From positions 66,898,001-66,962,000 of the forward strand of contig OX597818.1 of the NCBI GenBank assembly GCA_951406725.2: a stretch of 64,000 bases of DNA, read 5' to 3'. The stretch is from Octopus vulgaris (lineage: Eukaryota). Within the stretch, counting starts at the first letter, position 1; every line of letters begins with the position of its first letter. The notes under the pieces were generated by a model. That model was not told the origin of the DNA, ran no database searches, and worked only from the letters and a program-made list of their open reading frames with translations. Below, in pieces: positions 40,301 through 56,130 of the stretch. A program made the translations under genes and the position numbers.

Positions 40301-40667
40301 TGGAGGTTGAAAGGGAAATGCTGCCTCTAAGCAAGTTTGTTGAAGTTGGGGGCAACGTTGCATGAATGGTCCGAAAGAAAGAACGTATCTTAAGCATGCA
40401 CTTGTAGGTTGAAGAAGAACAACATGGGAAATGCAGTAGCCCATGTGGCCAAGTTGACTGTGATTTTTTGTTTTACCTTTTTACCTTTCATTGCCCGGGC
40501 AGGCTAAATAAGACGCCTCGTTTTGGGGAGTTATTCAGTCGTATAATGTTATTTTGTCACTGTTATTTGTTTGCTTTTTACACGCCTTTGCTGTAACCCC
40601 AGGTTTTATTTTCCTGTATTGCCCCGAATGTTTGCAAAGAACCTTTCTAATTGATATTGAAAACACT

Positions 40668-40896
<229 letters not shown>

Positions 40897-41774
40897 AATC
40901 ACCTGGGAATTGTCCCAGACATAAGTAAGGTAGATTACGTGAAGTTGATATTTGCTGATGCATTATGCAAAACAAAAGAAAAATACTTCGTGTTTGTCGT
41001 GTAAAGTAATTTATATGAACATGTTCAAATTTGCCTCAAGCAAAAATAATTCACAACTCATTAACACGACACCTAGACGAGAGGCTGATCTGTTACCAAA
41101 TAAATAAACCAAAACAACGAATAATTAATATCTAACAAATAAATGTTTCATGCGTATTCCGTTTTCTAACATTTTCTTCGCCATTTTATGTTTCTGCATT
41201 TTTGTGATGCTTTCACTATTTGCTTTATATAGACTATATAGACAATGAGAAAGTAAATCATCTCTTCTAGGAATTCCCTTTCGTGTGTTTAACCAGTGAT
41301 GAGTTTTGATCGAGTATACCAATGGTGAAAGGCATTCCGGCCGAGACGAAATATTTTTTTTTCCTGTAGCACTTTCTATAAGTAGGCGCTATTAATTATT
41401 TTTTAATACGACTCAATAAACACTGTGTTTCTATATATCGCTGACGAAGAATCGACTGTTCTCTCTAGATAAACATTTGTCAGTTACAAGTCCAAGCAAA
41501 GGCGAACTCACGTGATCTGGCAATTTTGATGGCCGTGTGGAACGTTTATCACTCGCAGCGATGTAAAAACGCGTGCAATCTATGCAAAACGAGTCCATGA
41601 CGGAGGTCATCTCATGATAAATAATGCGGTAGTCTCTTTTTCAACAGAACATCCACTCTAAGTGTGAGATACGTATTAACTTTATGTATTAATACCGCTT
41701 CTGTTGTTAGTGGTTACTTACTATTATACAGTCTTTATATGATTTAGAATTCTAATGAAATATGTTTTGCAGGT

Positions 41775-42900
41775 ATTGCTCCAAATGAGATCGAGCAATT
41801 AAATTACATGAAAATTTGACTCGATTTATTAAGCGTGTAAGAAGACTGTTTAGTTCTTCGACGAATGTACCTGCTTTGGTGCGCTACGGCATTGGGTCAC
41901 TATTTGAAGAAGACCGCTTGCTAACAGCAGACCTCAAGTGGTTAAGTGAAGTGCTTAAGAAACCATTCTATTGTGTCTTCACTTCTGAACTGGAAAACAT
42001 GCAAATCAGCAAACGTGGAGGGTTTTTCAACACTGCAGATATACATGTAGAACAGGCAACGATCGATTACTTCGACAAAAATAGGAAGGTTTAATATCAG
42101 CCATTGATAAGATGGCCTCGAACTCAGGGACGGACCCAGATTGATTTCTGCTTTTTCTTATATATGACATGAAAGAAACCCAAGCAAAAACATTGCTCAT
42201 ACTTTTCTGTGTCCCCTTGCATTAGGGAAAATTCCCAGAATGTTAAAAAATTGTAGCATTTGTCCTGTCCATAAAGGAGGGGGAAGTAGAACAGCTAAGA
42301 TTACCTTTTAGCAAGGTCTTGGGACACGTCGTCAGAAGTAGCTTGGTCACGTTCCTGGAAAAGTAACTTACAAACACATGACACAGAGTGGGGAATCCTC
42401 AATTAGCCACTGCAACGTTGTGACTGGGTGCTGAAACAGCAGCTCAACCACCCAAATATGAATGTGTTATACGATGTATGTGCCAAAACGTTTGGCAAAG
42501 CTGATCATAGGTTGATATATAACAAACTGTGTGACCTTCATGGCATTGAAAAAGAGGGCGAGTACCGGTATTATTTTTCTATAAGACACGAGCGAGTCAG
42601 TTCCGGACAATGGAGCTCCCCTTCTGGGGAGACATCCATCTGAAGCAGAGTTTCTCGAGGATCAAAACTGGGACCACGCTTGATTTTAGTGGATCTGTCA
42701 GACATAAAGTCAACCACTCTCACCAGCTACGCTAATGATACAAAAGTATCACAGTCGTTGAAGCTCGAGTATATCATACTAAAACCGCAAAACAACTTAA
42801 CTACAGAATTATTAAAATGAGTTGATGAATATTTCATGCAGTTCAATGCCCAGAAGTGTCAACCAACCACTATCAGTCAGCAAGAAAACAGGTCTTAGCA
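41775..42900 (+). mobile_element. CR1/L2-group LINE reverse-transcriptase remnant
   Basis: GIGSLFEEDRLLTADLKWLSEVLKKPFYCVFT; CPVHKGG; MNVLYDVCAKTFGKADH (cf. DFAKAFDKVDH); SRVSRGSKLGPRL (cf. SGVPQGSVLGPLL); SYANDTKV (cf. YADDTK). Many stops and frameshifts. Confidence 0.85.
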
Positions 42901-44696
42901 TATTTATCTCTCAAATACATGCATGTTCTATTCCATAATGGCTTTATATTACTTGTTGAGAACGTTTTCTTTACTTAGTGTTCACCAGTGAATAAGGCAC
43001 CTATCTATCTATCCATCCACCTATCTATCTACCTATCTACATACCTGTGTGCCTGTCTGTCGTTCTGCCTATCTATATATCTGTCTGTCTACCTACGCGT
43101 GTGTCTGTCTGTCGTTCTGCCTATCTATCTATCCATCAAAAAGAGGCAGAACTACGCCTGCATCTTTTATTGATTATCCTGTCGACTTGGATTGGCCCAA
43201 AACCACTAAATGGATTGTGTGGTTTTGCACCTATTATATCGCTGCCTAGATTTCACTTGACCTGTCTTATAATAATATACACCATATGTGTGTTCTCATC
43301 AATCTCTTATGTAGTTGTATTAAAGGCTACTTTTACAATATTCCAGGGTAATTTATCAATAAATCAATAATTTTCCCAATCCAGCTATTAGGAATTTCCT
43401 TAAATTGACCAGTTCTTAATCTGTAGATAATTAACACGAGCGGCAAATGGTGTTTGAAACCATATCCATAATTAGTACTTAATTGTTTAGTTAATCCTTT
43501 CAGCTGAATCATTATCAAAGAACTCATTATCATGCTCAAGAGAACTTTATGAGACATTATATCTTTAAAGTTCTGAGACAAGTCATTGCAGAAATAATAT
43601 GGAATCTCAACATTTTCTGTTCCGATAAACTAAGTAAGAATATTAAAGTTAACTAATTCTCACATACGACCCTACACGTCAAAATTAATAGCTTCAATTT
43701 CACTTTACGTGCTAAATATAGCAGGCATCATCCATTAAGACTATTAAAGGAGGGCAAAACGTTCTAGTCTGACCCTGGTATATATTTTTGAAGAAAAGTG
43801 AATTACATTTATTACTTTTAACTATTAGTTTTGTAATTCCTCACTGAAGCTAAGTAGGAAAAACGAGCCTTAACTATTTCATGTTTTACAGGTAAAATCG
43901 TAGCTAGATTTATGATTAATTCCAATCAGTAGATTAACAGTATGCACCTGGTATTTATTTTTGAGTCTTCAACGTAGAATCAAAAAGCAAAATTGTTGCT
44001 GAATACAGGTGTAATTGACGTAAGTAATGTTAGATAGTTATTCTTGTGTTCCAAGGTACTTCGTTTCCCAAAACGTTTTCTACATCATTAATGAAGAACA
44101 TTAAAACATAGGAAAAGAAATTGCCAGTGAGTTACTCTTTTGAAAGACAAAGATTAATGAAGGAGAACATAATTTATCAGCTAGTCTTGATTAATGAATT
44201 TTGTGAAACAAAAGATGATCAAAAAAGGCGTTTCAGAAGCGAATTTTCCCAGCATTGTAGTAATTACAGTCTACGACGAAATAAGAGAACGCTGATGTTA
44301 GTTTGGGCCATAGTATGTAGTGGTTTTTATCAAGCTCAACAAAGATTGTTTATATAAAATCAGGAATAAAAAAAGCCCTAGCTTGAGATAGGTGCTAAAA
44401 GCAGAACTTTTGAAGGCATCTAAATTTAAAAGATTTGAATGTCTTTGTTAGGGAAACAAAATATATCTAATTCGGCCTTGCGTTGAGACGCAAACCATTA
44501 TTAGAGTTTTATCGAACGAACGCTGGAGAAGATGATCCTGTAGCATGAAATAATATGATGTGCTTTCATCTATGTCATTATTAATATGGTAATATTATGA
44601 GTAGAATATATGAGTAGAATCATATTATGTGAGTAATGTTTTCGAACGTATTTTGGGATTTGCATATCGTACTGTACCACATATTTTTCCTACTCG

Positions 44697-45260
44697 AGGC
44701 ACAAGGCCTGAAATTTCGGTGGGGAGGGGGCCAGTCGATTATATCGACCGCAGTACGAACCGCTACTTAATTTATTGACCCTGAAAGGATGAAAGAAAAA
44801 GTCGACCTCAGTGGAATTTGAGCTCAAAACATAGAGACAGTCGAAATATCTATTTCTTTACTACCCACAAGGAGCTAAACACAGAGAGGACAAACAAGGG
44901 CAAACTGATTAAGTCCATTATATCGACCCCAGTGCGTAGCTGGTACTTGTTTAATCAACCCCGAATGGATGAAATGTAAAGTCGACCTCGGCGGAATTTG
45001 AACTCAGAACGTGGCGGCAGACGAAATACCGCTAAGCATCTCATCCAGCGTGCTAACGTTTCTGCCAGCTCCCCACATGAAATAATTACTTTTACTATAA
45101 GCACAACGACTGCATTTTTATGGGGAAGAGGACAGTGGATCACATCGACCCCAGTACTCATATGGTACTTAATTAATCGACCCCGAAGGGATGAAAGGAA
45201 AAGTCAAAGTCAGCGGAATTTTAACTCGGAACGTAGTAGTACGCAACCTATTAGCTAAAG
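44697..45260 (-). mobile_element. Cluster of three stacked SINE family C copies
   Basis: Three repeats of tcgacc.cagt..tactt..accc.ga.ggatgaa..aagtc..ggaattt.a.ctc at ~44745, ~44925 and ~45145. Confidence 0.85.
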
Positions 45261-46084
45261 CTGTCTCGTATAAGCGCCATTGTATACTACTATCTGAAAT
45301 ATTTTCCAGAGGGCATATATGCAGAGCTCTCAACATTAAAATTATATTGTAATGGAAGCTCATTCTCGATTGCTTAGATTTAAATTTATTTAACTAATGT
45401 TGCTGACTCGGTGGCCAGAGTTAAAATAAATTTCTCACCACATTTTTTTGTTTTCTGTCTTCCTTTTACCAAAACATGTTCGCAGCATTTAGTGACACTT
45501 ACGTAATCTCTATTTTCCTAATACATTCCAAATTATTTTCAGAGTGCTCTATAAAGAAGGAAACTTCTGCCAAACCTGCTTGAGAATTTATATCGGGGAA
45601 AAAGCACAAACAGTATATTCGGAATCTAATGACCTATGAATGTGGAAGAATGTAACAGATTTTTATTTTCATTGTATCACATTCACAATTCATCAATGCT
45701 ACTTAATACATCCTAGAAACACTTGTGTAGAAATACGAATTAAACTCTAGTGGAATATGTAACTTGATTCAACCATCGACTGAATTCTTGGTTTGTAATT
45801 AATTGTTTCCTTGTGTATTAATTAAATTCACGTGAAATCGATGGATCGCTTCACCGTTGCAATAAACATATACAATAAATACGGCTGAATAATTGCAATT
45901 GATCAGATCCGGCATCTCCGCAGCTCTATTGTATAAAAGTAATATAGTAGTCAGTTACATCAACATAATATTATACAAATTGTTTAATACAGAATTGCCA
46001 GCTCAAATCTATGGAATTTGCTAATAGTACGGCCTTAAAACCCTGGAAATTACTGCTGCCATATTAGAATCTGTACACAGAAAA

Positions 46085-46283
46085 GGCGGCGAGCTGGCAG
46101 AAACGTTAGCACGCAAGGCAAAATGCTTAGCAGTATTTCGCCATCCCTACGTTCTGAGTTCAAATTCCTCCGAGGTCGACTTTGCCTTTAATCCTTTCGG
46201 GGTCGATATAATCGATTTAATCCGTTCGTCTGTCTTTGTTTATCCTCTTTGTGTTTAGCCCCTTGTGGGTAATAAAGAAATAC
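46085..46283 (+). mobile_element. SINE family C with target-site duplication
   Basis: Head ggcggcgagctggcagaaacgttagcac..gagttcaaattcc, core gtcgactttgcctttaatcctttcggggtcgata; TSD gaatctgtacac at 46067-46078 and 46284-46295. Confidence 0.88.
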
Positions 46284-49103
46284 GAATCTGTACACGGTAA
46301 ATGTACGCATGTAATAAAGTATTTAAATGCATGAGCGCAAAATTTGTGAATCCTATACCGTTCTTCAACTCACACTCTGCTACACGACAGAATATTTCAT
46401 ATTGCATTTTAGCTTAATACTTGACATAATTATACAAACTGCAGCGCATATAACGTCTTATATTGTATATTGCAATGGCATATGTCTTTCATATACGTAT
46501 AATTATGTATTTTTAATGAATGAAGATGCAGTAGATGAAATGCTATGAGAATTTGCATACTTCAGAAGACAAGATATAGTTACATAATTACACTGCAGTT
46601 ACTCTTCCCTTTGATCTACATGCTTTAATATATGCGTAGCAATTGATGAAGCCCGGCAGAAATGTATCCGTCTGGTGGTTAGTGCTGGGCCAAAGATACT
46701 CATATTAATCTCTAACTGAAATTGTGCTGTAGGAAGAACAATATAAGAAAAGCTAGGAATGTCAGGACATAAAAATAAATAATTCGATGAGAAATTAATG
46801 TTTACCAGGAATAATTCAATTATTTTATGCCTTTCTTTTTTAAATTATGTTTTTCTTTTTTTTTACACCGTTTAGAAATTCCGTTTCTTTGAAGTGTTTA
46901 TCTGTCCGAAACACATTGCTTACAAAACAAAACAAAAAGAAAAGGTAAAATGCGCAGGATACGAAAGGAACTAAATATAAATAGGGAACAGGAGAAAGGA
47001 GTAATGAAGTTGGGGACCTCTGAGAGACTAAGAAAACAAGAATTATCTACGAATGACCATGTTTGTATAAATTTAGACAAATCTTCCGGATAATAAATTT
47101 GGCATAATCAGTTGTACACAATAGTCACTCACATATAATTAACATGAAGACATTTTACCTGTACTTATATAGCTTCTTAAATTTGATTAATATTATGGTA
47201 AGTATTGGCAGCAACATTCTAAGAAAGTTGTATTTTGTCATTTTATATTGATTTGAATGTATAATTTGTAAGTCGATTCTGGTACCTGGATGTGTTGCTT
47301 CTTTTTTTTCTTTCCACCAAAGCACTATCATAAAAAACTGCCACCACATACACTACACAGTCTTGACACAAAACTAAGAAGAGCATTTCATGATTGCTCT
47401 TCGTGATAACAACACAGTAGATATTAATATTTTTAATCAGGTGACTATAATACTTATACGTGCAGCTTATAAGAAGTGATGTCATAAGATTTTAAAAATC
47501 TGTAAAATTAGACCAAAATATATTCCAGTATGTATTTCTCCATTTACGAGAAGAAATGTGTCTTGTGTTCTTTCTTGTATTATTTCTATCAAATCTACTG
47601 GATAGATTAAAAATATTGTTTTGTTGAGAGAAATGTTCATTCCTTCTTCGCATCTCGAAAATGAAAGTCTTGTTAAAAAGTTAGAATTACAAGACAAAAG
47701 AAAAGAAATACATATTTCATACGTAGCGTTTAGTTCTCGAAGACCGAATGTGTTTTACTCGATCACACTGGTCGAAATTCATTTTTGTCCTATTTCATCG
47801 TTGAAAAACATTTTCTTTCAATAACCGAAAAAATACGAAAATGAATTAAAACTGTAATTAGAACAAAAAATGTCTTTTCTTCATAATGTTTAGTTGCAGA
47901 CTTTTACAAATTGGAATAATACTACTGAAAAACTCTATTAATAAAATGTAGCTGTGTGGAAATAGAAATATCTAATTAGTTTTAATTTTCTTGTAACTGT
48001 ATTAAGTATCGCGTCAGGGAAAATGGTATAAACAAACCAGAAATATATTCTATTTCAAAATATTTCTTGGGGTACTTTTGATAATTAAATATCACTTACA
48101 TGAGTTTTGGTTAGTTATCTAAACTATTGTTTTCTTCCTTATCGATTTAATTGCCTCTAAGCATCTGATTTTTATGATATTTTTCAGAGAAGATATAATT
48201 CTTTACCTGAAAGTCTTTCTGATTTGAAACACATAAGCACCAATATATTCAAATTTATGTAGACTATAAGCAGCAGTCGCAACAGACGAATGCTTATTTG
48301 CATCTACACAACGTTACCAATTAACATTTGGGGGCCATACAGCCACTGGAAGACATCGGCACGCTGTCAACCATATTAATTTGACGTAGTGGAAGATCTG
48401 ATAATTAGTGTGAGGGAAAGATTCTCGACTACCGGGAAATTGTTGATCGACTCAAAATTGAAAACTGTCCTTCGGACAAAAGGTAGGTATGATATTGCCA
48501 ACTACTTTATCCAGAAATGACTCTAGAAAATTTAATCTACGAAAATCTCCCAAAATATCTGTGACATTGTTCCGATGTCAAATTTCGGATGAAAATATTT
48601 GATAATATTTTCGGTATAGTACTGCATAACTGTTTTAATTATTCAGATTGGTACATTGGAACTAATTCATTTGAAGGATCATTTACTCTTTGAAGAAGTC
48701 CGGTTGTGGTTTGCTTTCTATGTTGGCAAACTTCGAGAGAAAGGAAAAAAGAGAAAGTGTAAGAAATAAAGGGGTGCAAAGAGAGAATATGCTTTATAGA
48801 AACAAAATTTTGATTCCGAAAATCGAGTTTTTACTGATTATTTAAGAATACGTGAATCGTAAACTCCATTTCCATATTGTAATATATTGTTCTGTATATT
48901 CACTCGATTAGAACTAAACTATAGAAAGCAATATAGAGAAGTTTAAATGAAGTTCATCGAGCTGTTTAAATAGCAACTAACACTGATGCGTATTATACTT
49001 TACACAATTAAATGAGGAAAGCACACATAGGATAATTTTGCTTGGAATCGATTTGGCGAGAGAGAGAGGGGAGGAGCCCAATCCTAGCAGATTTATGGAT
49101 ATT

Positions 49104-49965
49104 CGGGATCTGATCAAAATTGATTGTTGCCATAGTAACAGCACTAAAGCACTCGGAGTAAAGCTACTTGGCAAAGATTGACCTGAAACACTATTTTGTT
49201 TGCGCATTAAGTTTTAACGATCTAGCGCACTTGCACTGTTTACAGCAGTAGTTGGAAGGAAGGTATGTAGCGTGTGATTGTCGCATTGACCATGAAAATG
49301 TCAGTTCTCATTGTGATAGCTGCCAAGAGGGCTACGCAAGGTTGCAGAAAGTGCAGGAAGAGCCGTGTTTCAGCATCACACAAGTGTACGAGTTGTTCAG
49401 ACGATTCTAGGATGGCCAAAAAAATGCCGGTATTGACAAACGTTTTGAGAGACACGCAAGCACGAGAACTGTGAAAAAGAACGCAGTTATGCGTACAACT
49501 TTGAGAGAAAATCGTCGACTCCCCATCCGTGAGCTATTCGAGAATGTGCAGACTAGTTACGGTTCAGTTCATTATCACTGAAGATTTGGGTATGAGACGC
49601 GTGTCTGCCAAGTTTGTGCCCAAAATACTTTCAACTGTCCAAAAAGATCGTCGGGTTTCAGTTGTACAAGATCTCTTTGATGGGTCGAGAAAGAGGCAAA
49701 CATTTTGAAAATTGCGTAGACAAGCTTTTGGCAAAATTTGATGCAGATTCTCTGCCCAACTTTCACGGTCATGGCCAATGCGACGATCACACGCTACACA
49801 CATCCATTCCAAGAACTGCTGTAAACAGCTGAAGTGAGTTACGACGTTAAAACTACGTGCGGACGCGCAGTAGTGTTTCACGTCAATCTGTGCCAGGCGG
49901 ATTTACTCTTCAGGCTTTAGCTTCGTTGCTATAGCATCAGTCCTGTTACTTATTAATAAACCACG
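49104..49965. mobile_element. mariner derivative made of two inverted 5' ends
   Basis: Plus strand: TQVYELFRRF*DG, LRENRRLPIRELFE, TEDLGMRRVSAKFVPKILS (mariner WVP-type linker). Minus strand: MTVKVGQRICIKFCQKL (N-terminus). 49104-~49300 mirrors ~49770-49965. Confidence 0.85.
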
Positions 49966-52307
49966 TGGATCTAATAGAAACAGGATAATACACAGAATCT
50001 AACTGCAAAAACCGGCATCGAGTTACATAAAGCGCTCATATAACACCATGATATTGCGTTGTTTATTATTTCTTAAACATTAAGCTATTACAATAACCGA
50101 AATGATAATTGTAAAAACAAAGAGGAATGCAACTACATATAAAGATATTTGATAATCTTATATTTCATCGTTATGTACATTTTAAATATTTAATAAGCGC
50201 GATTATTAAACTATTTATTAGGAAATATAGTAAAACGAGGTATTATACATTTAAAAGTAATAGACTAGTGGAACCTCGTTCAATCAAGAACAGGTGTATT
50301 AGAGTTATGCATACAGGTATCCATAAATACACACTCACGCGCAAATACACGCATAATTTGAGAATCGATTACGTAAAGGCTGCTAAGGTGTATTATCACA
50401 ACGTCTGTACTAATACAAGAAGTCCCCTTTCTTATCTAAATCGAGGGTCTACATACATATATATTCGGGATGGTATTATTTACGTCCGCTTTCTTTTACC
50501 ACAGACTTTTTATAACTGGCAATTTTCAACATCTTTGACGTATTATTCAGAGAAAGAAATGAATGTTTCTCTATCATTATATTTTGTTTTTATTCGTTAA
50601 TTTTTTCTTCACTTTTCTCAAGTTTTTCAACTGTCCATGGTCCACAATACAATTGTACTTCACTGTTTTACAATGGTTATTCTTATGAGGAAACGTGGGA
50701 TTGTACAAGACTCGTTGGCAGAATTTTCCATATACTTAGTAATTTTAAAGATATTACAGGAATTATATATTTTCCGCTTACACAGGTACAAAATATATTC
50801 ATGTGTGTGTGTGTCCGTGCATGAGTACCGAAGTCAATTTCTTCTTTTTCTCTCTTTCTGAACACACACACACACACACACGCACACACACACACACACG
50901 CACAGGCACATACAAACACACGCGTGCACAAACATACTATATTAAAAGTGAATTTCGGTAACAAATTTTTCAATAATTTCACTGGCAGTAGCATTTAAAA
51001 TTTTTGTTATTACTGTTCTGTAACTCATCTATATGTCTTAGTAAATTATTAGAGAGTAAGGTTTGTCACAAATTATTAATAGGTTATGAATAAATTTAGT
51101 TTGATGTTCTAACAACTTACAACATTATATAATATTACCCTCACATACCTGCGCTAAACTGATGTGAACTAGAATTGAAAACATTTGATACACATATAGA
51201 GACGACCAGTTCCTAACACACAGACTTGTGCACTTATTCTTACAAAAGAATCGCATAATGATGTATACATACTTAAATACAACCACCCATCTATTACACA
51301 CACACATACACACGCTCTTTCTCTCCCTCTCTCTCTCTCTCATATACACACAAACACACACACACACAAATACATAATACATACATACATGAACAAGTAT
51401 CACAAATTTATATATTCATATATGACTACGTGTCTTGAAAATATCTAACTGCCAATTATTGGCAGTCCTGATTCCAAGAGAATTCTTTGATCATTGAAAT
51501 ATTGTGAGACATTTGAAATGTTGAATGGTAACAGCTGTTAAATCAGTCTCTAGTTGCAGGGAACATACACTTATTTCGTAAAATACCATTCATATAATTG
51601 CTTTTAAAAAATAGATTTTTCTGTCCATTTTATTCTTTATTTCTTCGATAAATTCATTTCGCTTTTCAGTTATTTCCTTTTAAATAGTCTTCTAATATTT
51701 ATTTTCTCATGTTTATTTTCTTCTTTTCTTCCACGTTTTTTTTTTCTTTCTACAACTGTATATTTCGCGCAGCCGTATGGAAATGCATTTAATGAGGTAA
51801 TAGCGAATGTGCAGTGATTCGTTTCGGAAAAATAATTAGAGCGACGGAGAAAATTCATTGAGGGTTTTTCGTGCTCCCATTTTGTGTCCTCAAATAAAAT
51901 CGTATAGAGAGGAACCCAACTTTAATTGTTTCTCGATGTTGTTACGTAAATCATTAACCAGCGGTACGCTTTGGATATCGCATGGTGTTTTTCCTTCATC
52001 ATTAGGTGTCATGTTATGCCTATTTTACACATTAGTTATCGTTACGTGGAATTATATTCCATGCTGGATCTAATTGCACGATTTATAATTGCAGTTCAAA
52101 ACCTGTCAAGGATTAGAATGTTTTCATCTCATTTTTGGTTTAATGAAATATAACGTCCATAGGGAACTAAATAGACAAATAGCAAGTAGTAAATAGAAAA
52201 AAGTAAGGACTAAATAGACAAATAGGTAATAAACTAGACACGCTAAATAGTAAGTAGTTTTAATTTCTGTCCCTTTTGCCCGTATATAGAATTCTAGTAA
52301 ACGGAAT

Positions 52308-53458
52308 GTCGTGTCACTTTCAGTTCAAATCAAATGATACCAATTTTGCAATCCATCGACTCGGAATCAATATGCAACACTCTATAGAGGTAATAGGTTC
52401 CATAATTATGTATACATATTTACCAATATTTTTCTCTGTAGTTTACATGAGATTTTGACACGCTTTTAAAATAATCGGGCGTAATATGCACATGTGGAAT
52501 GTGGAGTCGTTTACAAATTATGTTCACGAGTAGAATTAATGTTGACCCATTGCAATGTAATTTGCTTTAGCTTCCATGCAGATCCACCAAAAAATAGAAA
52601 ACGTGTTCCTTACAACTAATCGGACCAATTCTATAACTTACATCTTTAGCAGCATCTCGACAATGCTTACTTTCCGAGTTCAAAATTCGACGGGAAGTAA
52701 TTTAGCTTTCAACATTTCGAGATCAATAAAACACGAACGTTACAGTGAATGTCCTTTTAAATTCTGATTTGAGTCACTCTTTCTTCTAAATGTTCCGTCG
52801 TTATTCTTAAAAAGATTTGAAAATATTACCGCAATTACAAATTTTGTTTCTCAAAAATTATTAAAAGTTGTATAAAACTGTGAGTAACATGTCACATGAT
52901 TGATGGATGTGACAAACCTATATATCTATAGAGTTACCGTTGATACAGGAAATGACGTATAGGTCTCAACTTTTGGTACTGAGAGAGTAAGTCGACTGCA
53001 GCTGCCGCAATACACAAACAGTATTTCTTTTTTTGACCTCCAAATGATGAAAGCTATATAACCTCTCGGCAAATTTTGAACTCGGAAAGTAAAAATTGTC
53101 GAGATGCCGCAAATGACGTAAGTTATAGAATATGTCCGGTTAGTCGTGAGGAACTCATTTTTCTACTTCTTGGTAGATCTGCATGGACGCTAAGGCAAAT
53201 TACCTTGCAATGGGTCAACATTAATTCTAGTCGTGAACATAATGTGTAAACGATTCTGCATTCCATATATGCATATTACGCCCGTTATTTTATAAGCATA
53301 ATTACCGTGACAAAATTTCATGTAAACTACTGACAGAAAGGTTGGTGAATATTTATATATTTATAAAACCTATTACTTGTATGGTGTGTTGCTTATTGAA
53401 TCCTATTCGATAGATTGCAAAATTGGCATCATTTGATTTGAACTGAAACACGACGCCC
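52308..53458. repeat. Local inverted duplication, ~420-bp arms with ~300-bp spacer
   Basis: 52308-52730 is a diverged reverse complement of 53030-53458 (e.g. tagaattaatgttgacccattgcaa / ttgcaatgggtcaacattaattcta; tttcagttcaaatcaaatgat / atcatttgatttgaactgaaa). Confidence 0.88.
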
Positions 53459-53965
53459 GTGCAAGAGATGTAATAGAATGGCAGTTGCTGTTGACATTAC
53501 CTCAGAACTTGAAATGTGTTACATACCTAACCAAATTGATATAATTCAAACGAGAAAATTTTCATTTTTGGGTCAACTTGTATTTATTAAATACCCATAA
53601 TGGGTTTTAATTTGATGAAATCTGTGTGAGTTCGTTTAGTGAGAAATAATCGAATAACAATTGATTTTACGTCAGTATGTTTCTGTGGACAGGGCACTAG
53701 CTGGTCAGCTAATTTACCGTTGGTAATCACCAGCATTTGAGAACTCAGATACTGGTTTATCGGCATGGCTAGACTGGTCATCCTAATATGACCCTGCATA
53801 GTCCTTTGTAAAATGTAGGAGACTATTGTACAGTTTCTGTCCAATTTTTCTTCTCACTCTTCTTTCCTCTCCACTTATTTTCTCTTCCTTAGCATTTTAT
53901 GGCCAATGAATGTTTAATAGAGAAGTTTCGACAGATTATAATTAATAATAATTATTTTATTATAA

Positions 53966-54180
53966 GGCGGGGAGTTGGGAGAATCGTTAGCACGCTGGAC
54001 GAGATGCTTAGCAGTTTTCGTCCATCGCTACATTCTGTGTTTATAATCCGCCGAGGTCCACTTTGCTGTTCATCCTTTCGGGGTTGTAAATTAAGTACCA
54101 GTTGCGTACTGAGGTCGATTAAATCGACTGCACCCCCCCTTGCCCAGAAAATTTCGAGCCTTGTGCTTAGAGTAGAAAGT
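53966..54180 (+). mobile_element. SINE family C
   Basis: ggcgggagttgggagaatcgttagcacg..ccgaggtccactttgctgttcatcctttcgggg..aagtaccag..gccttgtgc. A further minus copy lies at 59279-59430. Confidence 0.8.
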
Positions 54181-54431
54181 ATAATTACTAATAATGGTAA
54201 AGGCAGTGTGCTAGATCGTTTAGCAGCATTGTTTCGGGTGTTTTACTTTGCAGATCACATGCCAACGAAAGCAATTTTACCATTCATCCTTTTGGGTGCG
54301 ATGAAATAATCACTTATTTTGCACTGGGATTGAACCCTGCATGGTGAGACACTAGCTCCTTATTTATTAATCCTGTGTCACTATTATGTTTTGCGTTGGT
54401 GTCTCCTGTGTCTCGATTATATATCGTTTCA

Positions 54432-54700
54432 GGTATTTGCTGGAAGGTGTCTACATCAGAATCTTACCTGAAGTGCTCAACATCTCTTGCAGAAAGCACC
54501 CAACAAAATGTACCGACTTTCTAATTGATCATTCAAGAGTGGAGATTCATGTCACCTGGCCACTGCTGGAGAAATAAAGAAGAAAAATGATGGTAGTGTG
54601 TTGCTGTGGAGAACAAATCCTGTTATCACAGCGACTGGGAGACCACAGAAGACGTACATAAGACAGCTTGCAGAAGATGTTAGGTGCAAGTTGAAAAACT
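54432..54700 (+). mobile_element. RTE/RTE-X LINE C-terminal remnant
   Basis: LEGVYIRILPEVLNISCRKHPT, GHCWRNKEE, VLLW, GRPQKTYIRQLAED. Confidence 0.75.
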
Positions 54701-55294
54701 AGAGATGATACCTCCCCAGAAAATAAGGTCTTAGATCAATATGCCCGACTATCGTCCACCCCTAAAAAGCTAGACTTTTACGAAATATATTAGTCTTAGA
54801 TGCTGCGCTACTTGTGCCTTTAATATCATTATTAGCGGTTTGTTGTGCAGCGATAGTATTTGGTTATTTAAAGGAAATTATATAATTATGAGTCATTCAC
54901 AGGGTTATAACAACGTTTGCAAAGCATTTTCAGAGTTGCTACATCTGTAAACAAAAGTAGTAATTATGGGATGGGGTATTAATTAAAATTGAGGCTATTA
55001 TTGATGATTTAAAATACATTCTTATTTCTGCCAGAAAACAAGTTAAACTTTTAAGACTTTCAAAAATATTTCCAATTAATTTACTGTCAAATTGTTAGAT
55101 AAATAGATTCTCGCTTTTCACAATTCTTTCACCATTGAAACTACTTTGAACTGAGCCAAAAAAATTAAATAGTTACCAAAATTAATTAAAATATTAATGA
55201 ACAAATGACAGAACAAAACAAAAAACAAAAAATGCAATATCATTTCAGCAACAAAACTTTATAACAGACAACACATTTGAAAGCAACAATACTT

Positions 55295-56130
<836 letters not shown>

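Noticed and set aside
41442-41475. CTGACGAAGAA..TTCT
   Set aside because: No GAAA half follows.
44697-45260. Repeated units resembling an array or CRISPR
   Set aside because: Stacked SINE copies of irregular length in eukaryotic DNA; no cas genes.
53587-53844. 85-aa ORF faintly like piggyBac transposase
   Set aside because: Catalytic DNxF motif absent; unsupported.
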